In this document: positions 32,912 to 42,643 of the stretch, in pieces | Position numbering within the stretch: the stretch's first letter is position 1 | Layout of the letters: each line of letters starts with the position of its first letter | Source: a virus | Lineage: Duplodnaviria > Heunggongvirae > Uroviricota > Caudoviricetes | Length of the DNA stretch: 64,000 bases | Reading direction: 5' to 3' (one strand) | IMG/VR virus record: IMGVR_UViG_3300006099_000006 | Coordinates: 22,393-86,392 of that record | Translations under genes and position numbers: made by a program | Notes under the pieces: generated by a model | What the model was told of the DNA's origin: nothing | Database searches by the model: none | The model's input: only the letters and a program-made list of their open reading frames with translations

Positions 32912-34213
32912 TTGCAACAAAAGTCTGACCTCGAAGTTAAAGCATTCTTTGAGACTTTGTCCAACACTGCGTCCATCAAGGCAAAAAAGCAGCTCCTCGC
33001 TGAGAAGCGAGATGACCGAAACGTCAAGAAGTTTCTGGACTATCTGCTGAACCCCTTCTTCGTCACTGGGATTTCTGAGAAGAAAATCGGCAGGCCGGTG
33101 GTGAAAGAGCCAACTATCTCCTTCAGCTCATTCCATGACCTGATGCCCTACATCCGGGAAAATCACACCGGTGCGGACGAGGTGTTGGCAAATGTTCAGA
33201 CTTTTCTGGTTGGAGTGGACGACATTGCTTTGCGGCTCTTTTACATCGGCATCATCACAAAATCCATCCGTATTGGCTGCGATGTCAAGACTGTAAATGA
33301 GGGGCTCGGCTTTGAGCTCATTCCTCAGTGGGAAGTACAGCAGGCCTATCAGATTGGCAAACTGAAAATGAACGAGAACGAGTGGTTCAGTTTAAGCCAA
33401 AAGCTTAATGGCGTTCGCGGCACTTACTTCGATGGGAAACTCATCAGCCGGCAGGGCAAAGAGTTTAATGGTTTGGAGCACATCTTGGCCGACATTCAAA
33501 AACTTATCCCGGACTGTGAGGACTGGGTGCTTGATGGGGAGCTGATCCGAAAGAACATCGACCATGTTTCTGACAATGAGAACTTCCGGCTGACGGCCGG
33601 GATCATCAATCAAGATGATGGCGATAAGAGTTTGATCCAAATGGTGATCTTTGATATTTTGCCGAAGACCGAATTCCTTTGCGGCGAAAGCAAGCTGAGA
33701 TATCGGGATCGCCTGGAGCACCTGAGAAAGCTGGAACGGCTAATCCAGAGGTTGAGTCTGTCAAGCCTTTCGATAGTTGACATCCTTTACACTGGCAGGG
33801 ACGTGTCCATGATTAAGCCCTGCCTGAATCGGATGGTCTGTGAAGGCAAGGAGGGCCTCATACTGAACCGTAACTCCAAATACTTCAGGAGGCGGCATAA
33901 CGGAATCCTGAAAGTGAAGCAGTTCTACACGGTGGACTTGGAGATTGTAGATCTCGAAGAAGGAACCGGACGGCTGAGCGGAACCTTGGGAGCGTTTGTT
34001 GTTCGTTACAAAGGGAATTTCCTTCGGGTTGGCTCCGGGATGACGGACGAACAGCGCAACACATTCTGGAACGAGGGGATCGCTTTGATCGGCCGGGTTA
34101 TTGAGGTCAAGTACAAGGAGGAGAGCTATGATAGGCAGACGGGGCTTCCCAGCCTTCAGTTCCCGATTTTCATCCAACTTCGTGAGCTCGGTAAGCAGGA
34201 AAGCTATGACTGA
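32912..34213 (+). CDS. ATP-dependent DNA ligase-like protein, 433 aa (TTG start)
   Basis: Motif I KLNGVRG. Motif III VLDGELI. Motif IIIa MVIFDIL. Motif V EGLILNR. An OB-fold C-terminus is present. Confidence 0.7.
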   Translation: MQQKSDLEVKAFFETLSNTASIKAKKQLLAEKRDDRNVKKFLDYLLNPFFVTGISEKKIGRPVVKEPTISFSSFHDLMPYIRENHTGADEVLANVQTFLVGVDDIALRLFYIGIITKSIRIGCDVKTVNEGLGFELIPQWEVQQAYQIGKLKMNENEWFSLSQKLNGVRGTYFDGKLISRQGKEFNGLEHILADIQKLIPDCEDWVLDGELIRKNIDHVSDNENFRLTAGIINQDDGDKSLIQMVIFDILPKTEFLCGESKLRYRDRLEHLRKLERLIQRLSLSSLSIVDILYTGRDVSMIKPCLNRMVCEGKEGLILNRNSKYFRRRHNGILKVKQFYTVDLEIVDLEEGTGRLSGTLGAFVVRYKGNFLRVGSGMTDEQRNTFWNEGIALIGRVIEVKYKEESYDRQTGLPSLQFPIFIQLRELGKQESYD

Positions 34214-34234
34214 TATTTTGAAAGGACTGCAAAA

Positions 34235-34723
34235 ATGAGCTGTTGGACTTATGTAACTGGCGTCATCGAAGTCGATACTTGTGGCCGAAGTGATGCCGAG
34301 GCTATGTATCTCGCCCAGACAGTTGTCAACCATCTTCCACGCATCAGCGGATCTGAAAGGAATGTGGAGTATTACCTGTCTCGGCCAAGCGGGTACTGCG
34401 TATCGTCTAATGTCGATGAGTTTGACCAACCCAGCAATCTCTATGATGACAGACATTTTCGTATGTTTACAACGCAGGATAGAATTCTGATTACGATTCA
34501 TGGAAATCTCAGGGATCGTATGTTCAAACAAACCCTGTGTGAAACCACAAAAATGCTGGCAAGGCTCTCATCCAGACTATGGGTCTTGAACTGCCTTGTC
34601 CGGGTTAAGTCGGACATGGGCAAAACATTTATATTTGACAACCCGGAATGGGTTCGACACCGTGAAATTACGGATTGGGCTCCAAGACTTCTCTGGAAAT
34701 TCAATGAAAGTGAGGAAAACTGA
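34235..34723 (+). CDS. hypothetical, 162 aa
   Basis: RBS GAAAGGA. Confidence 0.55.
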   Translation: MSCWTYVTGVIEVDTCGRSDAEAMYLAQTVVNHLPRISGSERNVEYYLSRPSGYCVSSNVDEFDQPSNLYDDRHFRMFTTQDRILITIHGNLRDRMFKQTLCETTKMLARLSSRLWVLNCLVRVKSDMGKTFIFDNPEWVRHREITDWAPRLLWKFNESEEN

Positions 34724-34726
34724 ATA

Positions 34727-35350
34727 ATGGAGGAACAGGAAAAGACCTCTTTGAGTGAAAATGTCCGAATTCAGCAATTCCGAAAACTGATGGACCCCGC
34801 ATGGCATCTGTTTCCGGCATATCTCATTAACGATCTGAAAGCCAACGGCTTCTTCATCGCTCCGGCCAGTACCAAGTATCATGGAGCCTTTGAGGGCGGC
34901 CTGTTCGAGCACAGTCGGAATGTGACCCAGGTGCTTATCACCCTCACGGCGGACAACGGGCTGGTATGGCAGCGGCCCGAGTCTCCGTATATTATCGGGA
35001 TGTTCCATGACCTGTGCAAGATTGACCTCTACCGGCATCCATACTCAGAGGTGGTTCTGCACACTTGGGACGCCAATGGTCACGAGACTATCCGCGAGAA
35101 GGATACGACTAAGTGGGAACATAACCCTGATATTCTGCTTAAGGGGCATGGCGATAAGTCCGTGATGCTGCTGTCTCAGTATTTGCAGCTCACATTAGAG
35201 GAGATCCTGTGCATCCGCTATCACAGGGGAGCCTTTGTCGATCAGAAAGAGTGGAACGACTATACTCGGGCTATCCACAGATTCGACACTGTCCTTTGGA
35301 CGCATCACGCTGACATGATAGCCTCACATATCCTTGAGGATGTGAGGTGA
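34727..35350 (+). CDS. HD-domain metal-dependent phosphohydrolase, 207 aa
   Basis: The segments KYHGAFEGGLFEHS and GMFHDLCK give an H...HD...D pattern. Confidence 0.6.
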   Translation: MEEQEKTSLSENVRIQQFRKLMDPAWHLFPAYLINDLKANGFFIAPASTKYHGAFEGGLFEHSRNVTQVLITLTADNGLVWQRPESPYIIGMFHDLCKIDLYRHPYSEVVLHTWDANGHETIREKDTTKWEHNPDILLKGHGDKSVMLLSQYLQLTLEEILCIRYHRGAFVDQKEWNDYTRAIHRFDTVLWTHHADMIASHILEDVR

Positions 35351-35359
35351 AGAGAAGGC

Positions 35360-35698
35360 ATGAGAGCAAGCTATTGCTTACCATCCGGAAACTACAATAT
35401 TGTCCTCTCCAATGAAGAATTGCGTGAGCTTCTTGAGCGGGGACATGTGACTGCTCGTATGTCTCGAACTCCTTGCACAACAAGCAGAGCCATCTTTAAT
35501 GATGAAAAGGGTAAAATGGAGATTCATGACAAGAAACACATTGATAACTGCTTGTTTTTTCACGCTAAGGAACCTGTCGCTGATATCGAAGCGGGCGACC
35601 ACTATGTACAGTTCTTGTGTATCAACATTGAGAAACAGGAGGATAATAATGGCCCAGAAAAGAATTCGGATGGTACGGACGGACAGCCTGAATTGTAA
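35360..35698 (+). CDS. hypothetical, 112 aa
   Basis: ORF with a weak RBS. Confidence 0.45.
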   Translation: MRASYCLPSGNYNIVLSNEELRELLERGHVTARMSRTPCTTSRAIFNDEKGKMEIHDKKHIDNCLFFHAKEPVADIEAGDHYVQFLCINIEKQEDNNGPEKNSDGTDGQPEL

Positions 35699-35834
35699 AG
35701 TCCGACTCCTCTATGACGATGGCAGCCAGGGCGAGCTTGACATGACAAAGGCTAAGGCTTCTATGCTTGACGCCACAGTCTTGGTTGGGTTGACCCTCAA
35801 GCAGGCCAAAATGCGGCTCGGCATCAAAAGTTGA
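35649..35834 (+). CDS. hypothetical, 61 aa
   Basis: RBS CAGGAGGA then ATG; in frame with track ORF 35499. Confidence 0.4.
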   Translation: MAQKRIRMVRTDSLNCKVRLLYDDGSQGELDMTKAKASMLDATVLVGLTLKQAKMRLGIKS

Positions 35835-35881
35835 CAGCATGGCCTAAACATTATATTCTGTTGAGGCAGGAGGTGAAAAAA

Positions 35882-36673
35882 ATGTTAGGTGCAATAATCG
35901 GCGACATTGTTGGTTCCAGGTTCGAGCGAAAGAATTACAAAGCCACGGATTTTGAGCTCTTCACAGATGACTGTCATTTTACCGACGACACGGTTATGAC
36001 CGTCGCAGTTGCCAAAGCACTTCTGGAAAGCGATGGCGATTGGGATGCACTGGATGCGAATGCTGTGAAGTACATGCAGAAGTTTGGAAAGAGATATCCG
36101 AACTGTGGGTATGGTCAGATGTTCTGGCTGTGGCTCCATAAAAGAAACCCCAAACCATACAATAGTCTCGGGAACGGCTCGGCCATGCGGGTAAGTCCGG
36201 TTGCCTATGCTGCTGAGACAATGCAGCAATGCCTCGATTTTTCAGCCGCTGTTACCAATGTCACCCATAATCACCCCCAAGGGGGACTGGGTGCTCAGGC
36301 TGCGGCAGCTGCTACATGGGCAGCACTTCACGGCTGGAAAAAGCAAAAGATTAAGGAGCTAATCCAAGATCAGTTTTATGACCTGAACTTCACAATTGAT
36401 GAAATTCGGCCATACTATCGGTTCGACGCCACCTGCCCGGGGAGCGTCCCCCAAGCAATCAAAGCTTTCTTGGAATCTAAGGGATTTGAAGATGCAATAC
36501 GGCTCGCTGTTTCTATTGGAGGTGATAGTGACACGATTGCCGCGATTACCGGCGGAATTGCCGGAGCTTACTATGGAATCCCGGACGATCTGATCGTTAA
36601 AGCCATGGAGTATCTTCCCGAGGATTTGAGCAATGTCGTAGCAGAATTCGGGCGGACATACTGCCTGAAATAA
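35882..36673 (+). CDS. ADP-ribosylglycohydrolase (ARH/DraG family), 263 aa
   Basis: N-terminal GAIIGDIVGS and C-terminal GGDSDTIAAITGGIAGAYYG are both hallmarks of the family. Confidence 0.75.
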   Translation: MLGAIIGDIVGSRFERKNYKATDFELFTDDCHFTDDTVMTVAVAKALLESDGDWDALDANAVKYMQKFGKRYPNCGYGQMFWLWLHKRNPKPYNSLGNGSAMRVSPVAYAAETMQQCLDFSAAVTNVTHNHPQGGLGAQAAAAATWAALHGWKKQKIKELIQDQFYDLNFTIDEIRPYYRFDATCPGSVPQAIKAFLESKGFEDAIRLAVSIGGDSDTIAAITGGIAGAYYGIPDDLIVKAMEYLPEDLSNVVAEFGRTYCLK

Positions 36674-36732
36674 ATTGACGAGGACTTCTCAGTTGAGAGG
36701 CCCTCGTTTTATATTTGAAAGGAGAAAAAGCA

Positions 36733-38775
36733 ATGTTTACCGATTTCAAAAAGGCGATCCAGAACCATTTTGCTCAGATGAGCGAAACTGCCGACCATGT
36801 CTACGAGGTGGAAGTGGACAAGGACGAATTGTGGAACCTGTATCTGGACAGCTTCCCGGCCGGAACCAATGAGATCTATCGGGAGCGCCGCGAGTATGAT
36901 TGCAGCTGCTGCCGACAGTTCATCCGGGCCATCGGCAATATGGTGTTCATCAAGGATGCCGTTGTCCATACCATCTGGGAGCTCACCGATCTCGGCACCA
37001 CGTTCCAGCCCGTTGCCGATGCATTGGACGTCTACATCAAGGCCCACGCGGTTGCGGACATTTATATTTCCAAGTTCGCAAAGATCGGCACTGACAAGAA
37101 CCACGAACAGCTCCCGAATGGCCGAGTGAAGACTTGGGAGCATTTCTATCTGGAGCTCCCCGCCAAGTTCGTCGATAAGAGCCAGCGTTCCATCGGCGAT
37201 CTCAAAGGACCCTACCGCGACACCAAGAACGTCTTCAAGCGTTCTCTGGAAGAGATTACGGACGACGCCGTCGATACCGTACTGGAGCTGATCGGCCAAA
37301 AGTCCCTGTATAAGGGCGAGGAATGGCAGCACGCTTTGGAGGAGTTCAAGAAATACAAGGCCATGTATGCTGCCACGGCGGAAGAGCTCCGTGACAACTT
37401 CGCCTGGGAGCAGTCCATGAACGCCGGGATGGCTGTTGGTCGCATCCGTAACCACAGCATGGGCACTCTCCTGGTCAACATCAGCGAGGGGATGGAACTG
37501 GATGAGGCCGTTCGCAAATACGAGGCTATCGTGGCCCCGACGAACTACAAGCGGCCCAAGGCGATTTATACGAAGAAAATGCTGGAGAATGCGAAGCAGA
37601 CAATTTCCGACCTTGGATATTTGCCTTCCCTGGGCCGGCGCTTTGCCACTCTGGACGATATTACGGTGAACAATATTCTGTTTGCCAACCGCAATGCGGC
37701 ACAGCGCATTCAGACTGGGACTGATATTTTCAGCGAAATGGAGCGGGGCATCGCTCTTGACCCGAAGAAGTTCTCTCGGGTGCAGGAGATTTCGATTGAG
37801 GACTTCGTCAAGAATGTCCTCCCGACGGCCACTTCTGTGGAAGCCTTGCTGGAAAACCGGCACGCGGCCAATATGGTCTCGCTGATTGCGCCCACGGAGA
37901 AAGACAGTAAAACCATGTTCAAGTGGGCCAATGGTTTCAGCTGGGCGTATTCCGGCAACATCACCGACAGCGACATCCGCGAAAATGTGAAGATGGCCGG
38001 CGGTAAGGTGGATGGTGTTCTTCGTTTCTCCATTCAGTGGAACGACGAGGATTATTGTCCGAACGACTACGACGCCCATTGCAGGCTTCCCGATGGCCGG
38101 GAGATTTTCTTCAGTGAACGGCGAGATCGAGTGACACTCGGAGAGCTGGACATTGATATTATTAACCCGCAGAGAGGCATTCCCGCCGTTGAAAACATCG
38201 TATGGCCTTCCATGACCAACATGAAGAAAGGCACTTACCTGATGTACGTCCACTGCTACACCAACAGCGGCGGCCGGAGCGGCTTTAAGGCCGAAGTGGA
38301 GTTCGATGGAACGATCCACTCTTTCGAGTACAAGAAGGAGCTCCGGAGAGGCGAGGTTATTAAAGTCGCAGCGGTCACCTATGACCCGGCCACCGGCTTC
38401 TCCATCCAGGATCTGATTCCTTCTTCTGTATCAGCCCGGGATATTTGGGGCCTCAAGAGCAACCAGTTCATTCCGGTATCTGTCGTCATGTACTCCCCCA
38501 ACTATTGGGACGAGCAGAACGGCATCGGGCACAGGCACTACTTCTTCATGCTTAAGAATTGCGTCAACCCCGAGCGGCCCAACGGCTTCTATAACGAGTT
38601 CCTGAAGCCGGAGCTGGAGCAGCATCGTCGTGTCTTTGAGGCTCTTGGAAGCAAGGCGGCGGTTCAGGACGTGGAGGATCAGCTCTCTGGGCTGGGCTTC
38701 TCCGCTACGAAGCGGAACAATCTGCTGGTCAAGGTGAAAGGCGCCACCGAGCGCATTCTCAAAATCACATTTTAA
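36733..38775 (+). CDS. large hypothetical protein, 680 aa, immediately downstream of ARH
   Basis: TATATTTGAAAGGAGAAAAAGCA then ATG. No family recognised by eye. Confidence 0.65.
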   Translation: MFTDFKKAIQNHFAQMSETADHVYEVEVDKDELWNLYLDSFPAGTNEIYRERREYDCSCCRQFIRAIGNMVFIKDAVVHTIWELTDLGTTFQPVADALDVYIKAHAVADIYISKFAKIGTDKNHEQLPNGRVKTWEHFYLELPAKFVDKSQRSIGDLKGPYRDTKNVFKRSLEEITDDAVDTVLELIGQKSLYKGEEWQHALEEFKKYKAMYAATAEELRDNFAWEQSMNAGMAVGRIRNHSMGTLLVNISEGMELDEAVRKYEAIVAPTNYKRPKAIYTKKMLENAKQTISDLGYLPSLGRRFATLDDITVNNILFANRNAAQRIQTGTDIFSEMERGIALDPKKFSRVQEISIEDFVKNVLPTATSVEALLENRHAANMVSLIAPTEKDSKTMFKWANGFSWAYSGNITDSDIRENVKMAGGKVDGVLRFSIQWNDEDYCPNDYDAHCRLPDGREIFFSERRDRVTLGELDIDIINPQRGIPAVENIVWPSMTNMKKGTYLMYVHCYTNSGGRSGFKAEVEFDGTIHSFEYKKELRRGEVIKVAAVTYDPATGFSIQDLIPSSVSARDIWGLKSNQFIPVSVVMYSPNYWDEQNGIGHRHYFFMLKNCVNPERPNGFYNEFLKPELEQHRRVFEALGSKAAVQDVEDQLSGLGFSATKRNNLLVKVKGATERILKITF

Positions 38776-38789
38776 GGAGGACGTGTAAA

Positions 38790-39176
38790 ATGGAAGCTAA
38801 CAAAATGTTTGAGGTTGCGGTTCGCAACAAGTTCCGGTATCCCTACAAGGGCGTCATCGCCACCGAGGACCTCTGGGATCTGTCTGTCCAGCAGTTGGAC
38901 GGCATCTTCAAGACGCTTAAGTCCCAGGAGAAGAAGGCGCAGGAGGAGAGCCTTCTGGATACCCGCACTCCGGAGGACGAGATCCTGACGGCTAAGATCG
39001 AGATCATCAAGCACATCGTCAACACCAAGCTGGAGGAGGCCCAGAAGGCTGAGCACGCCAAGGAGCTTCGTGACCAGAAGCAGAAGATTCTCAACATCCT
39101 CGCCGACAAGCAGGATGAGGACCTGCGCAGCAAATCTCCCGAAGAGCTCAAGGCCATGCTGGAGCAGCTCGGCTAA
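38790..39176 (+). CDS. hypothetical coiled-coil protein, 128 aa
   Basis: RBS AAGGAGG. Confidence 0.6.
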   Translation: MEANKMFEVAVRNKFRYPYKGVIATEDLWDLSVQQLDGIFKTLKSQEKKAQEESLLDTRTPEDEILTAKIEIIKHIVNTKLEEAQKAEHAKELRDQKQKILNILADKQDEDLRSKSPEELKAMLEQLG

Positions 39177-39251
39177 CACCGCCGATTATAGGAGGGCCTG
39201 CGAAAACGTGGGCTCTCCTAAATTATATTTTTGGAAAAGGAGAAAAGTTCC

Positions 39252-39548
39252 ATGCTCGATATTAAAGGATTGGACAAAGCTGAGGTTTTGAAAGCTTTGT
39301 ATGATAGCTCCCATGTTCAGGGAATGGGTTTCCTTCAGACTGCTCCGGAAGGAACAGTTACTGTACAGCACTGCCGCGAGCTGCTTAAGCATGGCACCTA
39401 CTTCGACTACTTGTACGGACGGATTCTCAAGGTTGACCTCTCCGGCGATGAGTTCGACGAGCGGCTCTATGAGCGTGATAATGGCCGTGATTCGGCTGCG
39501 ATGGCAATGATTCCTTTGTGGGGCAAGCGGAAGGAGAATGCCAAATGA
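39252..39548 (+). CDS. hypothetical, 98 aa
   Basis: RBS AAAGGAGAAAAG. Confidence 0.55.
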   Translation: MLDIKGLDKAEVLKALYDSSHVQGMGFLQTAPEGTVTVQHCRELLKHGTYFDYLYGRILKVDLSGDEFDERLYERDNGRDSAAMAMIPLWGKRKENAK

Positions 39549-40411
39549 ACATTTTGGTAGGAGGACGCCAGCAGGGAAAGACAACGCGTTTGATTCAAAT
39601 GTCAGCGGCCGGGAAAGGCACTATTGTGACTCCGACGGAGCAGAGCGCAAAGTGCATCAAGGATCAGGCCAAGGCGATGAAGCTGGATATTCCGGAACCT
39701 ATTGGTTGGAGATCATTTGTCCGCTCCAACATTGGGCGAAGCGGGCCCTATCTTCTCGATGAGCTTGGCGGGGTTCTCACGGGCCTCAGCATCAAAACGG
39801 CCACTCTCGATGATGGATGCATTATTGAGAATCTGTCCGGAAGCCCGCTTCACTACGGCGATGAGCTGACTGAAAAGATCCGGAAAAACACGAAGGACTT
39901 TAGCAAGCTTTCCGACTTTGACAAGTTTGTCCTCGATAACGGGTATCGGTATGAAACTCGGGAGGCACTGCAAGCTGGATATGACCGGCACTGGAAAGCG
40001 GCCCATGATATTTTAGTGACCATGGAGGAGTTCCTCGCTGAGGCTGAAAAGAAACCGAGTGATCCGGCCGCCGATACATATGAGGCCCTTGCTGGCCTGG
40101 TTGAAGCAAAGAAGCTCCGTCCCGGAGAAGTTTTCGGTTATGCGCACTTACACTGGTGTCTCGATGCTCCGGAGGCGATTGTCGCCTGGCAAACCGGACG
40201 AGACAAATGGACTGTGAACAACTGCGATACCGAAATAACCGAAGAGGCTGCACGCATTAAAGTCTGTGAGGAGTGGGGCTTCGAGACGGGCCGTCTTCAT
40301 ATTATCGGCACTCCCTACTATGATGCAACCGATTACCAGTTCATTCGCTTCAACTGCGCCCATATGGCTTGGCTCTGGCAGAACGGCAACCTACTCCAGG
40401 TGTATTGCTAA
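39545..40411 (+). CDS. P-loop NTPase or kinase-like protein, 288 aa
   Basis: Walker A NILVGGRQQGKTT; Walker B LLDELG. Confidence 0.6.
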   Translation: MNILVGGRQQGKTTRLIQMSAAGKGTIVTPTEQSAKCIKDQAKAMKLDIPEPIGWRSFVRSNIGRSGPYLLDELGGVLTGLSIKTATLDDGCIIENLSGSPLHYGDELTEKIRKNTKDFSKLSDFDKFVLDNGYRYETREALQAGYDRHWKAAHDILVTMEEFLAEAEKKPSDPAADTYEALAGLVEAKKLRPGEVFGYAHLHWCLDAPEAIVAWQTGRDKWTVNNCDTEITEEAARIKVCEEWGFETGRLHIIGTPYYDATDYQFIRFNCAHMAWLWQNGNLLQVYC

Positions 40412-40424
40412 GGAGGGCATAACA

Positions 40425-40715
40425 TTGTTCGGATGGAAAAAGGCCTCTGAAAGCAAAAGTGTTCAGAAATTCGTTGATATTTTGTATCAATTTGAACGAG
40501 AGAACCCCGATGAGCTGTTTCCGCCAGAGACAAATCCGCAGTTAGTCGTAGACTGCCTTTGCGATGTATTTCTGGGTACAGATTGGCAAATTGCCATGCC
40601 GGTTAATATGAAGCAGGCCAACACTATCATTCTCGATAAAATTCTCCGGATGCACAGCAAAGAGTTCCGAAAACTGGTAAAAGAGAAACAGAAGGAGTGG
40701 AAAGCTTCACAATGA
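40425..40715 (+). CDS. hypothetical, 96 aa (TTG start)
   Basis: RBS TAAGGAGGG 7 nt upstream of the TTG. Confidence 0.4.
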   Translation: MFGWKKASESKSVQKFVDILYQFERENPDELFPPETNPQLVVDCLCDVFLGTDWQIAMPVNMKQANTIILDKILRMHSKEFRKLVKEKQKEWKASQ

Positions 40716-40858
40716 AATACTTCCTCCTCATTATTGGGATTATCGTTCTGACTCTGAACGCATGGTTTATGAAGAAAGAATACGATAAGCAAACCTGGTG
40801 GGGGGGGGTTGTCTACTGGGGATTTTGGACACTCATAATATTCATGGCTCTTCGCTGA
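40712..40858 (+). CDS. small membrane protein, 48 aa, containing an in-frame G9 tract
   Basis: ATGA overlap with the previous gene. The G9 run at 40800-40808 encodes WWGG. Confidence 0.4.
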   Translation: MKYFLLIIGIIVLTLNAWFMKKEYDKQTWWGGVVYWGFWTLIIFMALR

Positions 40859-40882
40859 GCCCCAAAAAAAGGAGAAAAATCT

Positions 40883-41932
40883 ATGGAACTGAAACAATTC
40901 TGCAAGGAAAACAACATTCCGCTGGAAAAGCTGGGTGACATCGGTGAGGTGAGCGACGGCTTTCACACCTTCAACTCCCTCTACCACCAGCGGCTGATTC
41001 TGTCTGCCGTCCTGGTCAACGCCTTCCCGCATCTAGCTTGGAAGTCCCACAAGCACCATGATGGTGAGCCCCCGTTCGGTGGCGGCTGGTTTATCGTCGG
41101 TATCAATGCGCCGGAGGGCCAGTACACCTACCACTACGAGGACAAGAACTGGGATATTTTCCGCTGCGAGGAGCTGGAGAAGGCTCCCAAGTTTGATGGG
41201 CATACAGATAAGGATGTCGAGCGGTTACTGTCCCTGGTACCCGATCCCGAAAAGGATACGATGTCCAGCTGGGCCCACCATGAAGTCGAACTGGCTATTC
41301 AGGCCGAGAAGGAAGCCTGCAAGGGTACGGATGACTGGAAGTACGGGGCCGGCTGTTACGAGAGTGCACTGCGGGCTTTCCAGTGTCTCGCCCGTGACAA
41401 CGATGATGATATCAGCATCCAGATGACCAAGAGCATTCTCAACCGTCTGGTTGATGGTCGGACGCTTACTCCCATTGAGGACACGCCCGATATTTGGTCT
41501 GATATTTCGGAGGTCTTCTCCAAGGGGGAGAAGAGCAAGCAATACCAGTGTAAGCGGATGTCCTCTCTGTTCAAGAAGATTGCCGAAGACGGCACCGTAT
41601 CCTTCAGTGACACCAATCGCGTCTCCTGCGTCAACATTGAGAACCCCGATGCATCTTTCATCAAAGGCTTTGCTACCCGGATGATCGAAAGCATCTTCCC
41701 CATCAAGATGCCGTATCTCCCTTCCGGCAAGAAGTTCAAAGTCGTGCAGGATGAGTTCCTGGTCGATCCCAAGAACGGCGACTACGACACTGTCGGTTAT
41801 CTCCATATCCTGACGCCGGATGGTAAGAAGGTGGAACTGAACCGCTTCTTCAAGGAAGTTGACGGTCAGATGGTTCAGATCGAGAAGGCCGAGTTCGATG
41901 AGCGGAAGACAAAGAAGGTGGATAAAAAATGA
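40883..41932 (+). CDS. hypothetical, 349 aa
   Basis: RBS AAAAAGGAGAAAAA. Confidence 0.6.
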   Translation: MELKQFCKENNIPLEKLGDIGEVSDGFHTFNSLYHQRLILSAVLVNAFPHLAWKSHKHHDGEPPFGGGWFIVGINAPEGQYTYHYEDKNWDIFRCEELEKAPKFDGHTDKDVERLLSLVPDPEKDTMSSWAHHEVELAIQAEKEACKGTDDWKYGAGCYESALRAFQCLARDNDDDISIQMTKSILNRLVDGRTLTPIEDTPDIWSDISEVFSKGEKSKQYQCKRMSSLFKKIAEDGTVSFSDTNRVSCVNIENPDASFIKGFATRMIESIFPIKMPYLPSGKKFKVVQDEFLVDPKNGDYDTVGYLHILTPDGKKVELNRFFKEVDGQMVQIEKAEFDERKTKKVDKK

Positions 41933-42282
41933 AGGTGTTGGACAGCGAAAAGACTATCACTCTTCTGGAAAAAGCGAAAAAACTTCTCCCAGGGAGTAAT
42001 GGCATACTTCCTCAGAAATACCTTTCCAAAGATAGTATGGATACAATTATTCAAGGTCTACGCGCGAATACCGTGAACCTTGATATTTTGGTCAACATGA
42101 TTGGCTTGGCAGGTAAAAAGAAAGATTCCGATACCCTTCTGACTGGTTTTGACCACACGCATGGCGACATTGCCGTTCTTATCATCGGGCGCAAAGAAGC
42201 CAATGGCAAAGTCCAAATCATCAATCAGTTCCAAGGCAAGGAGGCCGAGGAGTTGTATGAAAGGTTGGTGGAGAAGAAATGA
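41929..42282 (+). CDS. hypothetical, 117 aa. The C-terminal GKEAEELYERL motif is shared with 55042-55245.
   Basis: ATGA overlap with the previous gene. Confidence 0.55.
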   Translation: MKVLDSEKTITLLEKAKKLLPGSNGILPQKYLSKDSMDTIIQGLRANTVNLDILVNMIGLAGKKKDSDTLLTGFDHTHGDIAVLIIGRKEANGKVQIINQFQGKEAEELYERLVEKK

Positions 42283-42458
42283 GCTTTATTGACCGTGAGA
42301 AGCTCATTCAAGAGGCCGAGACATGCCGTGAAACGACAGATGCATTTGTGTCTCTTATTCAAAGCCAACCGAATGTCGCAATCCATATCAACTTGAATGA
42401 CGCAGTAAAGTTCAAGCTTACCGACTACGGAAAAAGATATTTTCTATCATCGGTTTGA
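42279..42458 (+). CDS. hypothetical, 59 aa. Possibly the 5' part of a gene that would extend to 42639 if an A5 tract at 42431-42435 is one A too long.
   Basis: ATGA overlap. The frame 42409-42639 is open but lacks a start codon. Confidence 0.3.
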   Translation: MSFIDREKLIQEAETCRETTDAFVSLIQSQPNVAIHINLNDAVKFKLTDYGKRYFLSSV

Positions 42459-42643
42459 CAAAGTCAATGCAAAAATTCGCAAACGTGGCGGTAAACTCAT
42501 CGAGCCGGATATGCCAAAGGTCGATTCGGATGGCTATACCTGTATGCAACTCTGGCAGTTTATGGAACTATTTGGGCCTCGCACTGGTATGGCGATGAAA
42601 AACTACATCGAATCTCTTGAAATCGTTTACGGAGGTTGAGCCA

